DNA of 32,000 bases from Halomicronema hongdechloris C2206 (GTDB lineage Bacteria; Cyanobacteriota; Cyanobacteriia; Phormidesmidales; Phormidesmidaceae). The DNA is taken from positions 4,830,001-4,862,000 of the forward strand of contig NZ_CP021983.2 in assembly GCF_002075285.3 (NCBI RefSeq). The letters run 5' to 3'. The notes under the pieces were generated by a model, which was not told the DNA's origin, did not search any database, and worked only from the letters and a program-made list of their open reading frames with translations. Shown piece by piece: positions 1 through 8,623 of the stretch. A program made the position numbers and the translations under genes. Each line of letters opens with the position of its first letter. Position 1 is the stretch's first letter.

Positions 1-2
1 AC

Positions 3-101
3 CTTTGGCACGCCGGTCGGGCTCGGGCTTCGGCAGCCGGGTTTGAGAAGGGCATCGAGCGTGAGACAGAACCCGTGCTGGCCATGGGCGATATCGACTA
101 A
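3..101 (+). CDS. 3' end of an unidentified gene truncated by the window edge
   Basis: Frame 3 is open from the window edge to TAA at 99-101 (...[22 protein letters not shown]). G+C is high like the core genome, and a terminator-like hairpin follows. With only 32 codons the product cannot be assigned. Confidence 0.3.
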   Translation, partial: LWHAGRARASAAGFEKGIERETEPVLAMGDID

Positions 102-133
102 GCGCTAGCTTTGGTCCTGAAAATACCTTCGCA

Positions 134-168
134 CAGCCTCGGCCTAAGACGCCGGGGCTGTTTTCTTT
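134..168 (+). terminator. Rho-independent terminator-like hairpin
   Basis: CAGCCTCGGC (134-143) pairs with GCCGGGGCTG (151-160) with one mismatch and a 7-nt loop. It is followed by TTTTCTTT and sits about 30 nt after the TAA at 99-101. Confidence 0.5.
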
Positions 169-268
169 AGGCGGCTGTCAATAACTCCACTAAATCGGCT
201 TTCTTTAACTTTGATATTCCCTCTTGACTCAGTATTCTGGGCAAGGGCAGCATGACCCGGAATTAAAT

Positions 269-276
269 GCGATCGC
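269..276. repeat. HIP1 octamer GCGATCGC (one of at least 15 perfect copies)
   Basis: Perfect copies read by eye start at 269, 3608, 6809, 7273, 9359, 13520, 16250, 16723, 18543, 20620, 23148, 23789, 25218, 26291 and 31522. HIP1 over-representation is a known hallmark of many cyanobacterial genomes. Confidence 0.9.
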
Positions 277-351
277 ACTGTTAGCCGTCGACCAAGACCT
301 TGCTCTCTCAACCGATGGCCCTCCTTACAGCAGTTCTCGATCCAGTAGGCC

Positions 352-3300
352 CTAACTCATATGTAGACGAAAGAAAAGTTCTCTGATCAGATAGTTACGT
401 CTCGTCTCGATGGAGATGTCTGAATCATCAGAATTGCGGTAGCTCAATATTGTGTGTTTTGCCTGCTCTAAATAACCGGCGATATGTCCGTTATAACGCT
501 TCTGTCTACGGATAAGTGCTCTGAGGTGATTTGAGTCTTCTAGAAGTTGAGCACTGTACAGTTTAGCAAGCAGCACCTCAGCGTTATTATTCAGAGATAT
601 ACACTCTTCCGGCTCTGCCGTATAGGCACATAACACCATAGAGGCAGCTGCAAATACTTTTCCTAAATCAGCGATTTCGGTAATCCGACGCGGGTATAAG
701 TCACGAATAGACCTTACTTCTGGAGGAATATCCATAGAAACTTCCTCCTCGGCATCATCACTATTCAGCACTCGACTAATGTAAAATAGGCGTTCCCTAT
801 CTCGCTTGTCTTTTCGAATTCTGCACCCTTCTTCTGCAATTCCCCAAGCCATGTTGAATAAACGAATCGAATGCTGTAATTTGGCTCGCCAATCAATGTC
901 TTCTTCCGGTGACGAAATTTCCTCTTCTGTGGATGAGTTCTCTAAGCTAAACTCCTCAGAGTCGTTACTGCATAACATATATAGACCACGGGCAAAAAAT
1001 AAGTAGCATGCATTGCTTCCAAATAGATATATTGTCCGCTCAGGATGATTGGGAGATAACTTCGGTAAGCGTTCTGGATCAATGGCCAGCAATGACATAT
1101 CTAGTGCTAGCAACCCCTGCAAGTGGCGACTTGATGAATCTTGTTGATTTCCCCGAAATTCAAAGATGGCCGGGATCTTCTGTATAAGGTAGAAGCCAAA
1201 TTTATCCTGATCATCTCTAGGAAGTCCGCTTTTCTCTTTGATCTGATAATAGTATCGCCTACCAGCATCGGCATAGCTAATGAGGGCGTGATTTCTTAGT
1301 GTCCTAGCCCATTTGAGACAGCTCTCAGGCGAGAGATTGCCTAGCTGTCTAGACGATCTAAGGTCTTCTGGCTCAGCATAAGCCGCGATCAAATGCACCC
1401 AACATTGCATGGCGGCATAACAGGCATAGACCTCGCCTTCCCCATTGGCAGCCCCGTAGAGTCTAGCCTTTTCTGTCAGATAGATACGGCCCCAATGAAT
1501 CGAGGCTTCTATCCGGGTTCGGCCGAAGGTATTATCAGTGGGTAGGTGCTCATTATCTAGTGGCACAAGCTGAGGGAAAAATAACATCAGTTTGGCCCTC
1601 AGAGAGGCAATTTTTCCTAATAAAAGGTAGTGTGGGTGGAAAATTCCTTGAGAAACCTCATTAATAGCAACATATTTCCCCAAGCGGATACGAACGTGAG
1701 TGTGAGCCTGATTGAGTACTTCCCATGCTCGCAGAACAAGTCCTTCACGATTGACATTGCTAGGACAACCAGGCGGTAAATAATGATCTGAAGTATCCGC
1801 TGTGTCATACAGATAGTAATACTCTGCCAAGCACAACAAATAGCGAATGATTAATGCTCCTGAAAAAATCTCGAAGTTGTCGAGTTCAGGTCGATTAATG
1901 TTGAGCCCCTGATTGACAAAATCATCTAATACTCTTAAGCGTTTTAAGTGTCTATAGGCTTGACGATAAAGCCCTTCGGCAAGTAACGCTTCTGTAATCG
2001 ATAGGCAAGCATCAAAATAAATATAAGGGTCTGTTCTCTGAAGCAGAACATCACCAGAGTTGGGGGGTAATATTTGCTCATATATAAGCCCAATCATAGC
2101 CAAGGAGGAAAAAGGATAACCTCCCAACCGATTCCAAGCGTCTTTTAATGCAATATGACGTTCAGTACGTTGGCAAAGATGTTGAATATAAGTGTTGGGC
2201 GAAACCCCGGAATTACGAATGGCCTGTAGCCTAGCGTGCAAGGCCGATTGAGCCTGAGAGATAATAAAGTCGAAGCCGCAATAGTCCCCATGGCCTATAG
2301 GATCGGCGAAGGAAAACTCTTCATAGACCCCTAACTTTGTAGAGCTGCCGGATTGTAGTGCCTGAGCTACCGTTTCCTTTTTGCAGAGTTTGACTAAGCT
2401 GTGAGCCCACACAGGAGAAGCGACATCATCTTGAATAATTTTTTGGGTAGATATAATGTCATGGCCAATCGGAAAATAATCTTTTAGACATGGAATATCC
2501 GATAATAGAGCAGAATTAATGACTTTAATCACATGGGACAACGTGCCGCCAACACCAGTGCTGCGGATAGAAAAGTCGATGCGACGGCTATTCTGACTCG
2601 CCAACTTGCGGAAAATAGGTGCGACCGCCGGTGAGTAGTCCTTAGGCACCTTGACGTAGAATTCAGCAATGATTTCGGTGGCTTCTTGGGAGGCTAGTTC
2701 ATAGTCACCTGGCCCCGGCAGTTCTGAGGCCGCATTATGCAACAGGGTTTGGTCTAACTGGCGCAGGACTGGATGTAAGAGAGGAGGGTAGGGACCATCA
2801 AATTGCTGTAACCCCTCGAGTTCTCTGTCAGCAAAGGGTAGAGGACCACATGGCTTGATCGAAATACGTTTCAGATATACCGGAAACTGGTCGGTTAAGC
2901 GCTCATTGGCAACAACAGTTTGAGCAAGCTTGGTGACAAATGCAGGCTGCAAGTACTTACGCGCATAGGCGTTGACCACGATGTCGCTATTGGCGATCGG
3001 GCTTACTTGATTACCACTTCGAGTCAGTAGTCGGCGAATTTCCCGCTGGGCCTTTCGAGTCAAAGTCCTAACAGTACTTTCCTTTCCAGGTGAAATGTCA
3101 TTGTTAGTACCTCTATCCGATCGCTCTGGCAGGTATTCGAGTGTCTGCCTAACTACTCGAGCGACCAAATCATCCACCTTCTCGAGGGTATCTAACGGCT
3201 CATTACTATCTCCAAAGTTTAATCCAACGGCAGCTCTGTAGACCTGAAAGAGCATCTCATGATTTTCTAGATCTCCTGTGGTCTGTAAAATCAGCAGGGC

Positions 3301-3795
3301 CCTTCTCAATAGGGTGAGGCCGTCTGTTGAAGGAAGATTAAGGGCTTTGCGCTCATCAGGGGTAAGGTCAACAAGTTTGTATAGAACTGTCAGGACATCC
3401 TCTGGTGTCAGAGCTCGGTTGTAAGGCTCTTCGTGAGCCTGATAAGCTTCCCGTAGACTCTGATTAAGCGCATTCAGCATCTCGACTACACTACCTGTAG
3501 TGGCCTTGCCGAGTTTGCCGAGTTGTTCTTGCTTAATCTCCCAGGCCACTTCCTCCTGTAACAGCTGGCTGATTATTCTACGAAGATCTCTATTGCCCAA
3601 CCTGTTTGCGATCGCAGATGCATTAGGCTCTCCCCCAGCCTTTTGCTGCATGGCTAAACATGCACACAAGTGATGGAAAAGATAGACTAGACGCTGCTCA
3701 TCAGCGCATTGGCCTAGGGTCATTTCTAGTCGGTAACGAGAGTTTTCCAGAATTCTGAAGGAGATCTTGGATGAAAATGCCAGCATTCCCCCCAA
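352..3795 (-). CDS. Large (1147 aa) hypothetical protein, mostly alpha-helical with a repeat-like C-terminal half; no catalytic motif recognised
   Basis: A single 3.4-kb ORF in a region where AT-richness would otherwise give frequent stops. The start is TTG at 3795 or ATG at 3786. I saw no Walker A (GxxxxGK[ST]), HExxH or DDE motif. An acidic Ser/Glu patch is present (SEEFSLENSSTEEEISSPEEDIDW). The C-terminal half is rich in Y/L/A helix-like segments. Confidence 0.85.
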   Translation of the reverse strand: MGGMLAFSSKISFRILENSRYRLEMTLGQCADEQRLVYLFHHLCACLAMQQKAGGEPNASAIANRLGNRDLRRIISQLLQEEVAWEIKQEQLGKLGKATTGSVVEMLNALNQSLREAYQAHEEPYNRALTPEDVLTVLYKLVDLTPDERKALNLPSTDGLTLLRRALLILQTTGDLENHEMLFQVYRAAVGLNFGDSNEPLDTLEKVDDLVARVVRQTLEYLPERSDRGTNNDISPGKESTVRTLTRKAQREIRRLLTRSGNQVSPIANSDIVVNAYARKYLQPAFVTKLAQTVVANERLTDQFPVYLKRISIKPCGPLPFADRELEGLQQFDGPYPPLLHPVLRQLDQTLLHNAASELPGPGDYELASQEATEIIAEFYVKVPKDYSPAVAPIFRKLASQNSRRIDFSIRSTGVGGTLSHVIKVINSALLSDIPCLKDYFPIGHDIISTQKIIQDDVASPVWAHSLVKLCKKETVAQALQSGSSTKLGVYEEFSFADPIGHGDYCGFDFIISQAQSALHARLQAIRNSGVSPNTYIQHLCQRTERHIALKDAWNRLGGYPFSSLAMIGLIYEQILPPNSGDVLLQRTDPYIYFDACLSITEALLAEGLYRQAYRHLKRLRVLDDFVNQGLNINRPELDNFEIFSGALIIRYLLCLAEYYYLYDTADTSDHYLPPGCPSNVNREGLVLRAWEVLNQAHTHVRIRLGKYVAINEVSQGIFHPHYLLLGKIASLRAKLMLFFPQLVPLDNEHLPTDNTFGRTRIEASIHWGRIYLTEKARLYGAANGEGEVYACYAAMQCWVHLIAAYAEPEDLRSSRQLGNLSPESCLKWARTLRNHALISYADAGRRYYYQIKEKSGLPRDDQDKFGFYLIQKIPAIFEFRGNQQDSSSRHLQGLLALDMSLLAIDPERLPKLSPNHPERTIYLFGSNACYLFFARGLYMLCSNDSEEFSLENSSTEEEISSPEEDIDWRAKLQHSIRLFNMAWGIAEEGCRIRKDKRDRERLFYISRVLNSDDAEEEVSMDIPPEVRSIRDLYPRRITEIADLGKVFAAASMVLCAYTAEPEECISLNNNAEVLLAKLYSAQLLEDSNHLRALIRRQKRYNGHIAGYLEQAKHTILSYRNSDDSDISIETRRNYLIRELFFRLHMS

Positions 3796-3995
3796 AATCC
3801 TGATAAGAGTTTCTCACGTTTGCTGGGACTGGGTGTGCTTTAAATCACAAAAAATCGGAGAGATCTGAAATTTTGAATTATTCGATACAGAAATTTTGGT
3901 AAATTCTAGACCACCACCTTGAGGCGATGCCAGTGGTTGAGCTGCCATACCTTATCTGGCAAGAAAATGTGATTGCCCTAAGAATAAGGTTAGGA

Positions 3996-4031
3996 CTGAA
4001 GAAGCCAGCAATGCCGGGCCAGCTTCTTCAG
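3996..4031. other. 10-bp perfect inverted repeat (hairpin) inside the 667-bp divergent spacer
   Basis: CTGAAGAAGC (3996-4005) and GCTTCTTCAG (4022-4031) are separated by 16 nt. Confidence 0.4.
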
Positions 4032-4462
4032 TTTCCATTACACCGCCGGAGACTATGTCTCAACGGTTCTAAGAGTCTACCCAGAATCAGGGGAGAGTGT
4101 CACTAGTACACAGTAACTTTTGTCATCTCCTCATATGCCTGAGTCAGATCTTCAGAGCGTGATCATATTCTCCGGTGTTCATACTCCACACAGAACTCCA
4201 GGAGAGCAGGTCAATGAAACACCCGTTATGACCACGAGCTGATTGACTAACAGCACTCCAATAGCCAGTGGCTAGACGTCGCGCCTGTGCAGCTAGGTGA
4301 AAAACCTTGTGACCAATCATCTTGGCAAGTTGTTTTCAGAGTCTCCTGGGTTGACTCCAGGCCAGTTAGGCCATCTCTAGCACTCTTGCCTCTGTCATGG
4401 AGTCGCTCAACATCACAGGCTTGTGATGAACATTAGCCCTATTTGATTTTGGAGCCATTGCA

Positions 4463-4882
4463 ATGGTTATCAAACCCTATGACCATTTTGTCTTGAAAAG
4501 CCCTCGACATACCAAAAAAGTAGCAAAGAAACGTCTATTTACTGGGATGCTTTTAGGCTTTATAGTGGCAACTTTAGCCCTCACCAATCCCTACAGTAAG
4601 ACACAATATGTAAAAACGGTGTCTAGACGGGCCCATGACAGCTGGTGTAGTCATCCCGAGGGGGAGTTTTGCGAAATGATTGCCCCGATGACCCGCCCCC
4701 TCTTACAACAACTCCTCTATCACTCTACTCAAGTCCAGAACTATTGGGTTTTCAGCCGATTTCATACCCAGGTGGCGTGCTATGACGTTTTTGGAATTGG
4801 CCTAGGGGGACAGTACATCATTTGGGTGGTACCAGACAGAGATCCTCCCATTTGCCATCCTTTCCATGCCTTTCAACAATAG
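4463..4882 (+). CDS. Small N-terminally membrane-anchored protein, DUF4359-like (assignment from memory)
   Basis: ATG at 4463 has GGAG at 4451-4454 (8-nt spacing). A basic N-terminus is followed by one TM segment (LFTGMLLGFIVATLAL). The C-terminal motif NYWVFSRFHT...FGIGLGGQY resembles the cyanobacterial DUF4359 pattern. Confidence 0.6.
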   Translation: MVIKPYDHFVLKSPRHTKKVAKKRLFTGMLLGFIVATLALTNPYSKTQYVKTVSRRAHDSWCSHPEGEFCEMIAPMTRPLLQQLLYHSTQVQNYWVFSRFHTQVACYDVFGIGLGGQYIIWVVPDRDPPICHPFHAFQQ

Positions 4883-4955
4883 CCACGTCATCGCCATCGG
4901 GTGCAGCTTAAAGACTGATTGTCTCGGTTAATTACACCCTCGTAAACGGAGAACG

Positions 4956-6221
4956 TTGACGGTTATGCAATGTATCTTCAAACCTGCCCATCACTATAAA
5001 AGACTCCAGCTGCTGGGGAGAAAGTTGCAAGACAAGTCGGCGACCTACCTTGCCGTTGATGTCACTACTGACACCGTGGTTGTGCTGAAGCAACTGCAGC
5101 CATCGAGCCTATCCTTACTAGGGCCAGATAGTCCCAGATTAGAGACGTTGTTCAGCCTTAAGCATCCCGGAATCGCTGCCTATAAAGCCATTTGCAGAAA
5201 GGGAGAATATACCTATCTAGTGCGTGCTTATATAGACGCTAGGAGTTTAGCGAGTCGACGGAGCTTTCGCCCTGAGGAGATCAAAGCAGTTGCGATTAGC
5301 TTACTCGAAGTATTGGCAGATTTTCAGGTTCAAATACCAATGATTATTCATGGCAACATCAAACCTGAAAATATCTTCTTTCGACCGTTATCAAATGGCA
5401 AGTTGTCACTTATTTTGACCGACTTTGATCTGGCTGTATCGCACCGATATCCTTCCTCATTTGAACCGGCCAGGGCAGGAACCTTGGGATTCACCCCCCG
5501 TGAGCAAATGCTGGGAGAGCCTAGGCCTGCTTCCGATAACTATGCTGTGGGAGCGGTTTTGTTGAGTTTGCTAAGTGGGACGCCCACCCATCAAATGGAT
5601 ACCTTGACCGATGCCGACAACCCCTATCGGTATCGCAGTCAAGACATTCTATGGCAGCCGCATACAACGATTAGCTCGCAGTTTCTGTCTTGGTTAGATC
5701 GCATGCTAGATCCTAACCCAGACCATCGGTTTCCCGATGCTCGTACTGCGCTGCAGGCATTACTGCCGCTCAGACTGATTGCCAGAGCCCGAGCTAGCCT
5801 GAGTCATTCCCAAATTCGATTAGAGGCCCCGACATTAGGGGCCCAATTACAGGACGTCATTCGGGTCAGTAATTTAAGGCCTGATGCGGTTTTGCAAGGG
5901 CAATGGCACATAACCCCTCGGCCCTATGACCCCTGTGACTGGATTGATATCCATCCGACTTACTTGGCTGGCAATGAAACAACCACGGTGGTATCTGTAG
6001 ATACCCGGCGACTGCAGGCTAAGACAACCTACGTGCGAGAACTTATTCTTCAGTCTAATAGTGAGCAACCCATCATTGCCGTGTCGCTATGCATCACGAC
6101 GGCAGACCTAACACTGCCCTCACGACCGTTGCCACTCTGGCATCTGATTGGACTGCTGGTCAGTAGTACCTTTTTGCCAGTGACTATGGTGATTTTGCTT
6201 CGTGCACTGAACAAGGGATAG
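4956..6221 (+). CDS. Ser/Thr protein-kinase-fold protein with a degenerate catalytic loop (predicted pseudokinase), C-terminal TM anchor
   Basis: Hanks-type subdomains are recognisable: VVVLK (II), LETL..LKHPGI (III), IIHGNIKPENIFF (VIb, HGN instead of HRD, nt 5349-5357), LTDFDLA (VII, DFD instead of DFG, nt 5421-5429), GTLGFTPRE (VIII), SDNYAVGAVLLSLLSG (IX) and DPNPDHRFPDA (XI). The glycine loop is missing (LGRKLQDKSATY). A C-terminal TM segment is present (LWHLIGLLVSSTFLPVTMVILL). The start is TTG at 4956 or, more likely, ATG at 4965 (GGAGA at 4948-4952). Confidence 0.85.
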   Translation: MTVMQCIFKPAHHYKRLQLLGRKLQDKSATYLAVDVTTDTVVVLKQLQPSSLSLLGPDSPRLETLFSLKHPGIAAYKAICRKGEYTYLVRAYIDARSLASRRSFRPEEIKAVAISLLEVLADFQVQIPMIIHGNIKPENIFFRPLSNGKLSLILTDFDLAVSHRYPSSFEPARAGTLGFTPREQMLGEPRPASDNYAVGAVLLSLLSGTPTHQMDTLTDADNPYRYRSQDILWQPHTTISSQFLSWLDRMLDPNPDHRFPDARTALQALLPLRLIARARASLSHSQIRLEAPTLGAQLQDVIRVSNLRPDAVLQGQWHITPRPYDPCDWIDIHPTYLAGNETTTVVSVDTRRLQAKTTYVRELILQSNSEQPIIAVSLCITTADLTLPSRPLPLWHLIGLLVSSTFLPVTMVILLRALNKG

Positions 6222-6269
6222 TCACTGATGACATCTCTACTTTAGTGTTGCTAATCGGGAGATAAGCTA

Positions 6270-6623
6270 ATGCATCAAATTAGAACTTATTTCATAGGAA
6301 TGATGGTCTTGGCAAGTGGCATCATTATCTATAACCTTTGGCACTTTTTGCTGTTTACAGCTGTATTTGGAGTCACGCTATATCTTTGCACTGTAGTTGC
6401 TCATAAGATGAAGCAGAATAGCTTTGGCTACAGTCGTGCCGTATTAGTACCACTAGCGGTCGCATTTACGGGAGTCAGCCTTGGGATAGCTCTGTGCGGC
6501 TCGCCGATGCTCATTCCCGTGGGGGGCTTCCCCCTCTTAAGCTTGATTATCTACCCCAAAGTTCAGCACTGGCGGCTGGTTGCTAACTATAAGCGCAATG
6601 CTCCATATTTGATTCAACCCTAA
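6270..6623 (+). CDS. Small multi-pass membrane protein (117 aa), unknown family
   Basis: ATG at 6270 is preceded by GGGAGA at 6257-6262 (7-nt spacing). It has 3-4 hydrophobic helices and lies in the same orientation directly after the kinase-like gene. Confidence 0.6.
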   Translation: MHQIRTYFIGMMVLASGIIIYNLWHFLLFTAVFGVTLYLCTVVAHKMKQNSFGYSRAVLVPLAVAFTGVSLGIALCGSPMLIPVGGFPLLSLIIYPKVQHWRLVANYKRNAPYLIQP

Positions 6624-6844
6624 GGGGCATAATCCAGATGGTCACTACTCCAACGATGATTCAAGGATGATAAGAAATTTAAGGGCTTGAATCACTGAAC
6701 GTTGCGACTTCCTTCCTAGCTTCTCGTTTCTCTTTCCCCAAGCCCCGCTTGCCCCAACAGGTGTTGCATGGTCATGGTTAAATTGGTGAAATGCTCATTG
6801 GTAAGGGTGCGATCGCACATCAAGTTGCCAGAGTTCCATCGCAG

Positions 6845-7657
6845 TCACCACGACGACCGGTGGTTCCGCCCTCGACCATACTGGCGCTGATAGGCCCAGT
6901 AGAGGGCTTCTAAAAAGGTCTCGGCAGTCATCTCCTGGGGGAGGGTCTCTAGACAGATGCGCTGGCGCAGACTGCGAGCAAGTTCCATACTCAATTGGTT
7001 GCGAGCCGAAGTGACTAGGCCCTGGCGTCGTTGCAGAAACTCCCGCAGCAGGGCAAAGTCATCTGGATCTAGGCGTGCCAGATCCCCCTGTTGCATCAGG
7101 GCGGCGGCGATGGAACGGAGCTTATCAGTGAAGGGAATACCCGGCGGCGTTGTCGGCAGATCTGTTTGCACCACCAGGGTACCGGCTAGCCAGTCGCCCA
7201 GGCGTTTTTCCCGGGCCCCAAACATAATCAAAAAATAGCCCAGGAAGAGGACATCATCCACCGGGCGCAGCAGCGATCGCAACGTGGCTTGAAACAGTCG
7301 GGCCGGTTGGGCATCATCACGAATGACTCGAATATTGACCAGTCGCTTACCAGGAGACCGGCCATACCAAAGGGTCTCGAAGCCGACGAAATAACCGACA
7401 TAGAGGGCGAAGCTCACCACCAGAAAGATGGCGATCAGCCAAAGCTCCAACGTCTCGGTCTCGGTGCCCAGAAACACCCCCATCAGGGCCAGTTGATCGA
7501 TCAGCACCAGATAGATGAGCTGAAGTAGCAACAAGAATATCGCCAGCAGCAGGTAATCGACCAGTAGGGCAATGGCCCGATTGCCGATGCCAGCTAAGAC
7601 AAACTCCAACTCAACGCTTTCGGGGGTGGTGATAGTAACCGACTTGAGCAACTTCAT
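6845..7657 (-). CDS. RDD-family membrane protein
   Basis: N-terminal TM helices are followed by the signature ...GKRLVNIRVIRDDAQP... (RDD motif) and a soluble C-terminal tail. Confidence 0.85.
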   Translation of the reverse strand: MKLLKSVTITTPESVELEFVLAGIGNRAIALLVDYLLLAIFLLLLQLIYLVLIDQLALMGVFLGTETETLELWLIAIFLVVSFALYVGYFVGFETLWYGRSPGKRLVNIRVIRDDAQPARLFQATLRSLLRPVDDVLFLGYFLIMFGAREKRLGDWLAGTLVVQTDLPTTPPGIPFTDKLRSIAAALMQQGDLARLDPDDFALLREFLQRRQGLVTSARNQLSMELARSLRQRICLETLPQEMTAETFLEALYWAYQRQYGRGRNHRSSW

Positions 7658-7662
7658 TGACT

Positions 7663-8562
7663 TCAGCGACCCAGATCTTCAACAACGCCTGCTCTCAAGT
7701 TCTGTCGACCGGTGCGCAAGCCAAAGTCCAACCCCTCCCGGCGGCAGCGCAGATCGTAGTAAAGTACTGCCTTCATCGCCTGCCACAGGGGCGATAGCAG
7801 AATGTTCACCACGATTATGACGCCGATAAACCCAACCAGAGTGGCCAGAACCCAAAGGGCGAAGGGGATTGGATCGATGGGCAGGGTCTGTGCCGATTGG
7901 ATCAGCGAGGGCACCAGCACCAGCAAGGGCAAGCAAGCCAGGATAAACAGTGGCGTACTGATCAAGTAGGCGGCCAAAATCACTCCCTGAATCCGCAGGA
8001 TACTGCCCCGGGTCAGGGTCCAGCTGCGGCCGAAACATTGGGTAGCATCGGTGCTCCGCTCCATGGCCAGGGCAATATCGTAGACGAATAGTCGCGACTG
8101 CACCCAGATCTGTCCCACAAAGATGATCACTTGCGACAAGAACTGCAGCAGCAGGGCGAACACCCCGGCAATGGCACTGTCCCCAAACAGCCCCGCCAAC
8201 CCCATCAATACTGGCAAGAGACTCAGGGAAATTCCGAAGGAGAGGGTCATATTGACCGTCACCAACAGTAGGAAATGCAGAATCCCGGCTCCTAGGAAAC
8301 TCCACAGCCGCGGTTGCAGCACCCGAAAGGTCTCAGCGGGGCGCTCGGGTTGGTCGAGGAGATGTCGAAATCCCAGCCGGGATAGTTGCGCCAAGGTGGT
8401 TAAACTACGGGCCCAGCCATAGATCGGGATCAACCACCACAGAGCCGCCTGTAGGGCCAAGCCCAGATATTGCCGAAAATGAGTCCGGTACAGCTGCAAT
8501 GCCGCATTGATGACATTACCAATGCTAAGGGGACGGCGATAGAGACTGGCCAAGGAGGTCAT
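7663..8562 (-). CDS. Polytopic integral membrane protein (299 aa), family uncertain
   Basis: About 6 hydrophobic helices. It lies 5 nt upstream of the RDD gene on the same strand, so it is a likely operon partner. The alternative-frame ORF at 7679-8305 is judged spurious. Confidence 0.75.
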   Translation of the reverse strand: MTSLASLYRRPLSIGNVINAALQLYRTHFRQYLGLALQAALWWLIPIYGWARSLTTLAQLSRLGFRHLLDQPERPAETFRVLQPRLWSFLGAGILHFLLLVTVNMTLSFGISLSLLPVLMGLAGLFGDSAIAGVFALLLQFLSQVIIFVGQIWVQSRLFVYDIALAMERSTDATQCFGRSWTLTRGSILRIQGVILAAYLISTPLFILACLPLLVLVPSLIQSAQTLPIDPIPFALWVLATLVGFIGVIIVVNILLSPLWQAMKAVLYYDLRCRREGLDFGLRTGRQNLRAGVVEDLGR

Positions 8563-8623
8563 GGACTACACTGGGGAATCGCCCACCAGCCTATCCTAGG
8601 CATCCGACTCTGACCCAACATTT

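Noticed and set aside
352-3795. Giant orphan as a STAND/AVAST-type NTPase sensor or a HEPN nuclease.
   Set aside because: No Walker A or B was found on reading the whole sequence. The only Rx4-6H-like string (RQKRYNGH near the C-terminus) lacks the usual HEPN context. The assignment would be guesswork.
4144-4320. 58-codon minus-strand ORF (MIGHKVFHLAAQARRLATGYWSAV...) in the 667-bp spacer.
   Set aside because: It falls below the track threshold, has no recognisable SD, and resembles nothing I can recall. It could be a gene relic, but there is nothing to support a call.
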